From positions 1-41,570 of the forward strand of contig JAQIBK010000048.1 of the NCBI GenBank assembly GCA_027859125.1: a stretch of 41,570 bases of DNA, in the 5' to 3' direction. The notes under the pieces were generated by a model. It did not search any database. It was given only the letters and a program-made list of their open reading frames with translations, and was not told the DNA's origin. This DNA comes from Actinomycetota bacterium. Its GTDB lineage: Bacteria > Actinomycetota > Coriobacteriia > Anaerosomatales > UBA3086. Positions 10,143-17,131 of the stretch are shown piece after piece. Within the stretch, counting starts at the first letter, position 1, and each line of letters opens with the position of its first letter. Position numbers and translations under genes: made by a program.

Positions 10143-10152
10143 AATGATACCA
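10143..10152 (-). promoter_or_regulatory. candidate extended -10 promoter element (TGGTATCATT) upstream of iorA
   Basis: The minus strand reads TGGTATCATT (TGn + TATCAT) about 60 nt upstream of GTG 10083. I could not see a good -35. An identical 10-mer occupies the equivalent place upstream of the NlpC/P60 gene. Confidence 0.25.
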
Positions 10153-10210
10153 CAGGGCAGGGCGAATGCACTGGGGTGAATACTCATTCATGGGGTCATC
10201 GCCAGCAGGT

Positions 10211-11362
10211 CTAGAACCTTGAGGCTCCTACGTAATCACCGGAGACCTGTATTCGTGCGATGAGGGACTGGACTTTGACCGTCTCACCCGTCTGTGGGGC
10301 GTGCAGATAGTCCCCGTTCCCCACGTAGATGCCCACATGGTGAACTTGAGAGGGATCACCGTCGTAGCCGAAGAAGACCAGATCACCCGGTGTTAACAAG
10401 TCGACACGATCACTCGGGATGTGCTCACCCGACAGATACTGAGATCTGCTGTTGCGTGGAAGCGAGATGCCGATCTGCTCGTAGGCGTACTGGGTCAAAC
10501 CCGAGCAGTCGAATCCTGAGGGTGAAGCGCCGCCCCAGACATAGGGAACGCCCACATACTGCAAAGCTATCGACACGACTTCGGGATGACCGACACCAAG
10601 ACCCTCTACGTCCACCGGTGGCACCACCCTAGCGGCTGCTGTTGCACGTGCGGCCTCCAAAGCACGAGCGGCTTCGGCGGCGCGAGCAGCGGCGGCCTCG
10701 GCCTCGATCCGCTGCCTCTCACGCTCTTCGTCCACCAGATCAGCGATCTCGTCGTCGAGCCGATCAATGTAGTTGGCCTGTTGCTCAAGTGCCTTTTCGA
10801 CCTGAGTCTTCTTCACAGCTGCGTTATCTCTGAGCGTGGCCTGCTCATTGCGACGCGACTCCAGGCTCGCCTGCGCCAGCTCTACTCGACGCTCAGTCTC
10901 TCTGACGGCCTCCACAACATGAGCATCGCTTCGTCCAATGCGAGACAGGAAATCCAATCGCGTCACAAGATCCCTGAACGATACTGTGTCCAGGAGAACC
11001 TCAATGGGATTGACTCCTCCTGACCTGTACATACGTTCAGCACGTTGTGCCAAGACTCTCTGGGCCGCGACGAGTTCGGCCCTCGCCGCCTGAAGCTCCT
11101 CTGCAGTGGTCTTGAGTTCCAGATCAGTGGAATCAAGAGCGGCTTGGATCTCGGCGAACTCCTCGGCACGAAGTTCGACCTGAGTGGCGAGTTCGGAGAG
11201 TTGCGCTTGAGCAGCCTGCGCCTCTGCGCGCTTGGTCTCAATCTCAGGAGTGGAGACATCAGAGGGTTCAGCTTGCGCGATTCCCGCCAATGAGAGAATG
11301 AGGAAGCAACACACGGCTAGGCGTGTGGACAGGCGAACCGCTGTAGATGAGCGGAACCGCAC
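10211..11362 (-). CDS. secreted NlpC/P60 (C40) peptidoglycan endopeptidase with N-terminal coiled coil (RipA/CwlO-like)
   Basis: GTG start with GGAGG upstream. Signal peptide ending AQA. Long Ala/Glu/Gln/Arg-rich coiled-coil region. C-terminal GVPYVWGGASPSGFDCSGLTQYAY...HHVGIYVGNGDYLHAP carries the catalytic Cys/His of NlpC/P60. Confidence 0.85.
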   Translation of the reverse strand: MRFRSSTAVRLSTRLAVCCFLILSLAGIAQAEPSDVSTPEIETKRAEAQAAQAQLSELATQVELRAEEFAEIQAALDSTDLELKTTAEELQAARAELVAAQRVLAQRAERMYRSGGVNPIEVLLDTVSFRDLVTRLDFLSRIGRSDAHVVEAVRETERRVELAQASLESRRNEQATLRDNAAVKKTQVEKALEQQANYIDRLDDEIADLVDEERERQRIEAEAAAARAAEAARALEAARATAAARVVPPVDVEGLGVGHPEVVSIALQYVGVPYVWGGASPSGFDCSGLTQYAYEQIGISLPRNSRSQYLSGEHIPSDRVDLLTPGDLVFFGYDGDPSQVHHVGIYVGNGDYLHAPQTGETVKVQSLIARIQVSGDYVGASRF

Positions 11363-11432
11363 GATACCTCCGGCTGCGATGTCGTTCTACGAAGAGGACC
11401 GTCCAGTGCGAATCAGCATGCATTCACATGAA

Positions 11433-11442
11433 AATGATACCA
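11433..11442 (-). promoter_or_regulatory. candidate extended -10 promoter element (TGGTATCATT) upstream of the NlpC/P60 gene
   Basis: The minus strand reads TGGTATCATT about 70 nt upstream of GTG 11362. It is the same 10-mer as at 10143..10152. Confidence 0.25.
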
Positions 11443-11507
11443 TAATCAGTCCCGGCTCATTCATGCAGTGGGTCTCGGGAGTACTGTCACCGTCACGGGA
11501 GATCCGG

Positions 11508-12605
11508 GTGCGAGCAACCTTAGAGCGGGTCTTGAGCGCCGTCCTTGCGACGAGTCTCGTCTTGTCGATCCCCGCTGTCGCCCTCGCGACGCCGGGTAAC
11601 GAGAGTTCATCCACCTCCACAACGTCATCTGTGACGCCAGTCGTTCCCAACATTCAGGCATTGGATGCAGCGACCACTCGCGTTCTTGAGCTCGAGGGTC
11701 TCATCGAAGATCACAAATCCGAGGATATCGCCATCACAGAACGCATCGACGTGGTGAACCTACGCATGTTCGAACAGCAGGACCTTCTTGCAGCAACTCG
11801 CATCGAGCTTGGTCGCACAAAGACGGTGTACCAAGGTCGGCTCGTCAGGATCTACAAGAATCGCACTCAGAGCCCCGTACAGATCCTTCTCGAAGCCGAG
11901 TCACTTTCGGACTTCGTCAACTGGGCGCTTCTACTCACCAGGATCGCCGAACAGGATCAGATCGCCTACAAGCAGGCGATCATCGCCGCTGCCGATGCAG
12001 AGTACCAAGCATCGGTTCTCGATGATCTCAAGGCTCAGCTCGTCGAGCTCCAGAGGATACAGCGTGTGAGTACCGAGGAACTCGAAGAGGCACTCGGTGA
12101 GCAACATGATCTGGTTGCCCGCCTGAACGAGAGTTCGCTGCAGTTGCTGGCGGCACGCCGCACTGCCACCAAGACGACGCGACGCGAGTGGCTTGACGGC
12201 TCGATTCCCATCGGAGCGCCAATTCCCATGACCGTCGCCACAGTCGAGCCCTATTCTGATCTGACGTTCACAGTTCCGGCTCATCAGCCTCTGAGGTACG
12301 TGGTCACGGGGCAAGCTTTCTCGGCGGTGTGTTCATGGTACGGCCCTGGCTTCAACGGACGCCTCACCGCCTCAGGTCAGGTATTCAACCAAGATGACTT
12401 CACATGCGCCTCTCGCACCCTTCCGTTCGGGACAAGACTCGCCCTGACACGCGGCAACAGAAGGATCATCGTTGTAGTTAATGATCGTGGACCGTTCATT
12501 GCAGGGCGGGATCTCGATCTCTCCAAGGCGGCCGCTGAGGCTCTTGGCTTCTCCGGAGTTCAGACCGTTCAAGCCGAGTTCGTATCTGTGGCTGGGACGA
12601 ACTGA
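11508..12605 (+). CDS. secreted coiled-coil protein with C-terminal RlpA-like double-psi beta-barrel (DPBB) domain (lytic transglycosylase-like)
   Basis: C-terminus CSWYGPGFNGRLTASGQVFNQDDFTCASRTLPFGTRLALT...VVVNDRGPF matches the RlpA/DPBB signature. Start placed at GTG 11508, preceded by GGGAGA. This gives the signal peptide MRATLERVLSAVLATSLVLSIPAVALA/TPGN. The ORF-track start at 11232 would overlap the divergent gene. ATG 11379, 11418 and 11463 are alternatives. Confidence 0.75.
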   Translation: MRATLERVLSAVLATSLVLSIPAVALATPGNESSSTSTTSSVTPVVPNIQALDAATTRVLELEGLIEDHKSEDIAITERIDVVNLRMFEQQDLLAATRIELGRTKTVYQGRLVRIYKNRTQSPVQILLEAESLSDFVNWALLLTRIAEQDQIAYKQAIIAAADAEYQASVLDDLKAQLVELQRIQRVSTEELEEALGEQHDLVARLNESSLQLLAARRTATKTTRREWLDGSIPIGAPIPMTVATVEPYSDLTFTVPAHQPLRYVVTGQAFSAVCSWYGPGFNGRLTASGQVFNQDDFTCASRTLPFGTRLALTRGNRRIIVVVNDRGPFIAGRDLDLSKAAAEALGFSGVQTVQAEFVSVAGTN

Positions 12606-12622
12606 AGCATCGCCAGAATCAA

Positions 12623-12650
12623 CGAAGGCCCCAACGAACCGTGACCTTCG
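12623..12650. terminator. candidate hairpin between convergent genes
   Basis: CGAAGGCC (12623-12630) pairs with GACCTTCG (12643-12650), 7 of 8 bp, with a 12-nt loop. It sits between the 3' ends of the RlpA-like gene and apt. The U-tract is weak, so this is a low-confidence call. Confidence 0.25.
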
Positions 12651-12694
12651 GGTCTTGACTGCACTCAACTCATAAGACTAATGAACGTATCCTG

Positions 12695-13216
12695 TCAGTC
12701 GACGTGAATCAACGACACAATCCTTGAGTCGCCTAGCTTCTCGCGACCATTGAGGAAATCCAGTTCGATCAGAAACGCGAAACCTGCAACACGGCCACCT
12801 GCGGCACGGACTAGCTCAGCCTTGGCTGCCGCCGTACCCCCCGTAGCCAGAACGTCGTCGACGATCAGCACCACATCGTCGGCACCGATGGCATCTGCGT
12901 GCACTTCCAGGGTATCTGTGCCGTACTCAAGCGCGTACACCACACTCTTGATCGCATGCGGCAGCTTACCTGGCTTTCTGGCTGGCACGAAACCTGCACC
13001 CAGACGATATGCCAGTGCCCCCCCAAAAATGAACCCACGCGCCTCGGCTCCCATGACTTTGGTCACGCCGGCCCCTGCATACTCGTCGGCCAGTACATCG
13101 ATGGTCTGCTTGAAGCCCTCCGGGCTTGCAAGAAGCGGCGTGATGTCCTTGAACACGATGCCCTTCTTGGGAAAGTCAGGAATATCGCGGATGTAGGAAT
13201 CCAAGTTCACGTGCAT
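12695..13216 (-). CDS. apt: adenine phosphoribosyltransferase
   Basis: MHVNLDSYIRDIPDFPKKGIVFKDITPLL N-terminus and PRPP-binding loop VLIVDDVLATGGTA. ATG 13216 is preceded by GAGGAGG. The ORF-track start at 13279 is an extension. Confidence 0.9.
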   Translation of the reverse strand: MHVNLDSYIRDIPDFPKKGIVFKDITPLLASPEGFKQTIDVLADEYAGAGVTKVMGAEARGFIFGGALAYRLGAGFVPARKPGKLPHAIKSVVYALEYGTDTLEVHADAIGADDVVLIVDDVLATGGTAAAKAELVRAAGGRVAGFAFLIELDFLNGREKLGDSRIVSLIHVD

Positions 13217-13286
13217 TGCCTCCTCGGCTTGTGTTGGACCTAACAAGGGTAGCCATTCTGCACGTGCAGTGCCACCCAAAGATGAA

Positions 13287-14273
13287 CTAGAGAACGCCCG
13301 TCAACTTCTGCAGCTGCTCAGTGGTGCCCAGAACCACCAGCTTGTCGCCAACACGCATGACTGTGTCCGAAGCCGGGTTCGTATTGACCGTACCGTCAGC
13401 AGTCATGACCGCAAGAATATACGCACCGGTACGAGCTCTGACCTGTGACTCCTTGATGCTCGTGTTCGCATACTGTGATCTCGAATCGATATCGACCTGC
13501 TGAAGCGTGAACTCAACGTCGTCCCCGTGAGTGACAATGTCCAGATAATCCGAGACAACGGGTTGAAGCACCATGGCTGCCATGCGTCGTCCCCCAATGA
13601 GGTTCGGGGTCATGACGCGATCGGCACCGGCTCGCAACAGCTTCGCTTCACTCGATTCATGTGATGATCGGGCCACGATGAAGAGGTCGGGGTTGATGGT
13701 ACGGGCAGTCAGCGCGACGAAGAGGTTGTCCGCGTCCGTATCCAAGGTGGTGATCAAGCTGCGCGCCTTGCCAATGCCAGCCGAAAGCAGCACACCCTCA
13801 TCTGTGGCGTCCCCCTCTATGCGAAGCCAATCGCGCTCTGTCGCCTCAGCAAGACACTCCTCGCACTGATCGATCACAACGAACGGAACGTCCTCCTCGG
13901 CCAGCTTGCGCGCGACGGCGGTTCCCACGCGTCCGAGACCTGCAACGATATGGTGACCCTCGAGATTCTCTACTGCTCTGTTCATGCGACGCCCTTCCAA
14001 AAGCCCCCTGAGATGCCCTTCGACCATGAAATCTATGAACGTACCGAACGAGAAACCAAGGGCACCAACGCCAGCAAGTATCAGGACCATAGTGAGCGCG
14101 CGGCCGTGATCGCTGAGATCGTGCACCTCGCTGAAGCCAACAGTCGCAATGGTGATGACAGTCATGTAGAGCGAGTCGAACAAAGACCAACCCTCGAGAA
14201 GCATGTAGCCCAGAGCTCCAAGGACCACGACACCGAGAAGCGACCCTACAGCAAGGGCAAGACGTCGGAACAT
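13287..14273 (-). CDS. RCK/TrkA-domain two-TM cation channel (potassium-channel homologue with atypical filter)
   Basis: Two TM helices flank a pore loop (YMTVITIATVGFSEV). These are followed by a Rossmann RCK-N domain (HIVAGLGRVGTAVARKL) and a TrkA-C-like domain. The start overlaps the hpt stop by 1 nt. Confidence 0.8.
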   Translation of the reverse strand: MFRRLALAVGSLLGVVVLGALGYMLLEGWSLFDSLYMTVITIATVGFSEVHDLSDHGRALTMVLILAGVGALGFSFGTFIDFMVEGHLRGLLEGRRMNRAVENLEGHHIVAGLGRVGTAVARKLAEEDVPFVVIDQCEECLAEATERDWLRIEGDATDEGVLLSAGIGKARSLITTLDTDADNLFVALTARTINPDLFIVARSSHESSEAKLLRAGADRVMTPNLIGGRRMAAMVLQPVVSDYLDIVTHGDDVEFTLQQVDIDSRSQYANTSIKESQVRARTGAYILAVMTADGTVNTNPASDTVMRVGDKLVVLGTTEQLQKLTGVL

Positions 14274-14815
14274 CAGCTCATCACCTCGTCCCGCAAGGTG
14301 GCCACATATGGAAGATTCCTGTACATGCCATCGAGATCCAATCCATAGCCGACCAAGAACCGATCAGGCACGCGGAATCCCTGATATGTGATCGGCAGAT
14401 CCACGATGCGACGGACACCTTTGTCCATCAAAGTGCAGACCTCCAAGCTTGCCGGGCCACGGCGTCGCAAGACCTCCAGAACATAGTGGAGTGTGAGTCC
14501 GGTGTCTATGATGTCCTCAACCACAACGACAGACGCTCCCTCGATCGAATCATCCAGATCCTTGGTGATCCGAACTGAACCCGAAGCGGCCGGGCCGTAC
14601 GCTGACACGGCCATGAAGTCCAACGACACCGGCATGTCCGTCGCGCGACACAGGTCCGACAGAAAGAACAAGCCCCCACGAAGCACTGTGATCAAGCGCA
14701 GATCATGACCTGTGTGATCGCGAACGAGAGATTCACCCAGTTCTCTGACACGTGACTCAATAGCCTCCTGTTTGAGCAGAATGCCGTCACAGACTTCGGG
14801 AAGCGGATGATTCAT
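14273..14815 (-). CDS. hpt: hypoxanthine(-guanine) phosphoribosyltransferase
   Basis: LRLITVLRGGLFFLSDLCR and the PRPP loop VVVVEDIIDTGLTL. 180 aa. Confidence 0.9.
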   Translation of the reverse strand: MNHPLPEVCDGILLKQEAIESRVRELGESLVRDHTGHDLRLITVLRGGLFFLSDLCRATDMPVSLDFMAVSAYGPAASGSVRITKDLDDSIEGASVVVVEDIIDTGLTLHYVLEVLRRRGPASLEVCTLMDKGVRRIVDLPITYQGFRVPDRFLVGYGLDLDGMYRNLPYVATLRDEVMS

Positions 14816-15285
14816 TCGGGCCCGTCCTCGTCGGATGATCCAGCCACCAGTCCCCCACCGGATTGATGCGCCTGCTCCATGACGGGGAGACCGAAACGCA
14901 GGAGCAAGCGACGAAAGTCCTTCTGGTAGAAGATCTTGACGTTGACTCCGGGATAGAGCTCCTTCAGACGTCTGACCTTGCGGTTCTTCTTGGTGACCAG
15001 CTTCTGATTCATTGTGGTCAATTCGATATAGAGATTGAAGTCAGGCAGGTAGAAGTCGGGAGAGAATGAGGCAATGACGTTGCCGTCTCCGTCCCATTCG
15101 ATCGGGAACGTGGTGGGCTCATACGCCCATCGCAAGCGGTAGTACTCAAGGATCTCTGCCGCCACACGCTCGCTGGGATGCGCGAAGTCGATCTGGTCGA
15201 GGTCGTGGACATACGCGTCCTCCGTTGGCTCCGTGCGAACCCAGTCCCTGTCAACGCTGTCCGGCGCGACTGACATTGGGATCAC
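14812..15285 (-). CDS. hypothetical protein, possible restriction-endonuclease-like (PD-(D/E)xK) fold
   Basis: 157-aa ORF coupled by 4-nt overlaps to both neighbours. The core FSPDFYLPDFNLYIELTTMNQKLVTKKNRK resembles a D...E...K nuclease-fold signature, but only by eye. GTG 15285 or ATG 15276 is the start. Confidence 0.6.
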   Translation of the reverse strand: MIPMSVAPDSVDRDWVRTEPTEDAYVHDLDQIDFAHPSERVAAEILEYYRLRWAYEPTTFPIEWDGDGNVIASFSPDFYLPDFNLYIELTTMNQKLVTKKNRKVRRLKELYPGVNVKIFYQKDFRRLLLRFGLPVMEQAHQSGGGLVAGSSDEDGPE

Positions 15286-15989
15286 ACGAGGTCCTCGAAG
15301 TGGGCCCCCAGCGCCTTGTGAAGCAGGTCGCCCTTGAGTTGACCTGTCAGCTCTGAGAGTCCTGTCAGCGCCTCTATGAGCTTCTGCCGGGTCTCAGGAG
15401 TGCGGTGACGAAACGCCGGCGTCAATATCTGCGCGAAGAAGGTCGCCTCGCGTTCAGCGAACGTCTCATACATGCGCAGGTGACGCGGCTCGACACCGAA
15501 TCTACGCAGATCCCATGCGGCGTGGAGCACGTTGACGTCAGCACGCGTGATCTCCGAGCCGTGCGATCCATCGACGAGCTCTATGAGATGGAACTCCTCC
15601 AGCTCTTTGACGAAGGAGACGGGAAGGCCGAGTTGTGTAGGTGCATCCTCGACAAGCACGGTCTCGGCATTCTCCAAAGGGAGGCTGACCTTCTCCGATC
15701 GGCCAGACATACCTCCGCGCAACTCGGGTGGGACCTTGCCCTTGTCGTAGTCGGCCAACTTGTCCCTGATGATCGCCAACGGAAGGAAGTGGTCTTTCTG
15801 CAGTCTGAGAATCATCTCGATCCGACCTACATCATCAGAAGAGAACTTGCGATACCCGCCGGCTGTGCGCTCCGGGGTGATGAGTCCCTCCTCTTCGAGG
15901 AAACGTACCTTGGATATCGAAAGGTCCGGATGGGCACTCTCGAGCGCCTCGACGACCTCACCTATGGTCAAGTAGTCGCGACCGCTCAC
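15282..15989 (-). CDS. MerR-family transcriptional regulator (FtsR/Rv1828-like)
   Basis: N-terminal MerR winged HTH (LTIGEVVEALESAHPDLSISKVRFLEEEGLITPERTAGGYRKFSSDDV) plus a C-terminal domain of about 130 aa. It sits immediately downstream of an FHA protein, as in the actinobacterial gcvH-garA-ftsR arrangement. GTGA overlap with the FHA gene stop. Confidence 0.8.
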   Translation of the reverse strand: MSGRDYLTIGEVVEALESAHPDLSISKVRFLEEEGLITPERTAGGYRKFSSDDVGRIEMILRLQKDHFLPLAIIRDKLADYDKGKVPPELRGGMSGRSEKVSLPLENAETVLVEDAPTQLGLPVSFVKELEEFHLIELVDGSHGSEITRADVNVLHAAWDLRRFGVEPRHLRMYETFAEREATFFAQILTPAFRHRTPETRQKLIEALTGLSELTGQLKGDLLHKALGAHFEDLV

Positions 15990-16435
15990 TTCTGTTCCCC
16001 CGCCATGAAGATCATCTGGAAAGTCCCTATCTGAACGATATCCCCATTCTCCAGGGGCGCCGAGTCAACACGCACTCCGTTGACGTACGTCCCGTTAAGA
16101 GAACCAGTATCGCGCACCGAGACCGCCCCACCCTGCAACTGCAACAAAGCGTGGCGACGAGACACAGTGACATCGTTCAAAAAGATGTCGCATCCGGGAT
16201 CCCTGCCCAGCGAATACTCATCGGCATCCAGATAGAATCGTTCGCCGACCTCAGGGCCTTTGCGGACGACCAGCACTGGACCTTCCTCAGGCGCCGCAAT
16301 GGACTCCCTGGCGACAACGCTTCCATCTCGCACAGGAGCGAACTTGAGCGTTGTTCCCTCGATGCGCACACCGCACGAAGGACACGACTTGTCATCGGCT
16401 CCAACTCGGGCTCCGCATGCCGGACACTCGCTCAT
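15986..16435 (-). CDS. zinc-ribbon + FHA domain protein (GarA/OdhI-like)
   Basis: N-terminal CPACG...CPSCG zinc ribbon. C-terminal FHA domain (YSLGRDPGCDIFLNDVTVSRRHALL...SLNGTYVNG). A TTxxF segment (EGTTLKF) lies between them. Confidence 0.8.
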   Translation of the reverse strand: MSECPACGARVGADDKSCPSCGVRIEGTTLKFAPVRDGSVVARESIAAPEEGPVLVVRKGPEVGERFYLDADEYSLGRDPGCDIFLNDVTVSRRHALLQLQGGAVSVRDTGSLNGTYVNGVRVDSAPLENGDIVQIGTFQMIFMAGEQK

Positions 16436-16474
16436 CGCTGCCTCCTAGGTGTATCGCACAACGGACATGTGCGA

Positions 16475-16732
16475 TCAGTTCTTGAAGCCGAAATCCCGTT
16501 TCTCGAACGAAGATGCAATCTGCTCCTCGAGTGCACCGGCGATTTCGGGATTCTCCAACACATGAGCAAGCTTCTCCTCGCTCAACCTGTTCTTGACGTA
16601 GGGGTCATTGAGAGCTTCTGTCAACTTGCGACCATTGTGAACCTCACGAATGACATACTCGATCACTCGCTCCTCGACAGCGTCTGTGGCGAGGTCCTCC
16701 ATGAAGTCACGAAGCTTATCGGTGATGGACAC
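16475..16732 (-). CDS. hypothetical small acidic protein (85 aa)
   Basis: Clean ORF in the operon orientation with coding-like composition. I recognise no motif. Confidence 0.55.
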   Translation of the reverse strand: MSITDKLRDFMEDLATDAVEERVIEYVIREVHNGRKLTEALNDPYVKNRLSEEKLAHVLENPEIAGALEEQIASSFEKRDFGFKN

Positions 16733-16768
16733 TGATCCTCCTTTGCGGGCAGCAGCGAAGCCGCTGGC

Positions 16769-17080
16769 TTACTCTTCATCGCCCTCATCGGGCGCTGACA
16801 CATCATATCTGGACACGCCACGAAGATCATTGGCAAGAATATCTATCAAGCGCTCAACATCGCCTCCGGAGATTATATCCTCCCCGGACTCGCGCTGACC
16901 TTTGAGCCGACGAACGAGCTCGGCGCGTAGGATATCGATCTTGCCGTGCAGTACACGGCGCCGATACGAAACCTTCTGCTCCTCATCATAGAGCTCGTCG
17001 AGCAGCTCTCTGAGTTCCTCATTGCTCTTGCTCCCCAAATCGAGCAAGGCCTTGTCCATTCGCTCATTTCTCTCGCTCAT
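16769..17080 (-). CDS. small helical protein, RsiG-like (candidate single-motif c-di-GMP-binding anti-sigma factor)
   Basis: 103 aa, with GGAGGGG upstream of ATG 17080. Residues 34-49 read E-QKV-S-YR-R-RVL-H-GKI-D. This matches E(x)3S(x)2R(x)3Q(x)3D with H in place of Q. The C-terminus is acidic. Confidence 0.45.
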   Translation of the reverse strand: MSERNERMDKALLDLGSKSNEELRELLDELYDEEQKVSYRRRVLHGKIDILRAELVRRLKGQRESGEDIISGGDVERLIDILANDLRGVSRYDVSAPDEGDEE

Positions 17081-17131
17081 GTCCCCTCCAGATGACAGGC
17101 CCGACTACAAGTCGAACATTCTGAGATTGTA

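Noticed and set aside
10084-10191. A 36-residue N-terminal extension of iorA starting at ATG 10191.
   Set aside because: The composition is unlike IorA N-termini, and it would leave only 19 nt for a promoter after the upstream gene. GTG 10083 has an SD-like GAGGGG. The start remains uncertain.
11232-11507. ORF-track start of the RlpA-like gene at 11232.
   Set aside because: It would overlap the divergent NlpC/P60 gene by 131 nt. The encoded residues are not signal-like, whereas GTG 11508 gives a textbook signal peptide with an SD.
11400-11535. Possible ydaO-type c-di-AMP riboswitch in front of the wall hydrolase genes. The segment GAGCAACCTTAGAGCG resembles CAGCUAACCUCGUAAGCG.
   Set aside because: The resembling segment lies downstream of the best start codon (GTG 11508), inside the signal-peptide coding region. 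The other conserved blocks (GGGGUGAAUC, ACGGGGA.CC) are not evident. It should still be scanned with RF00379.
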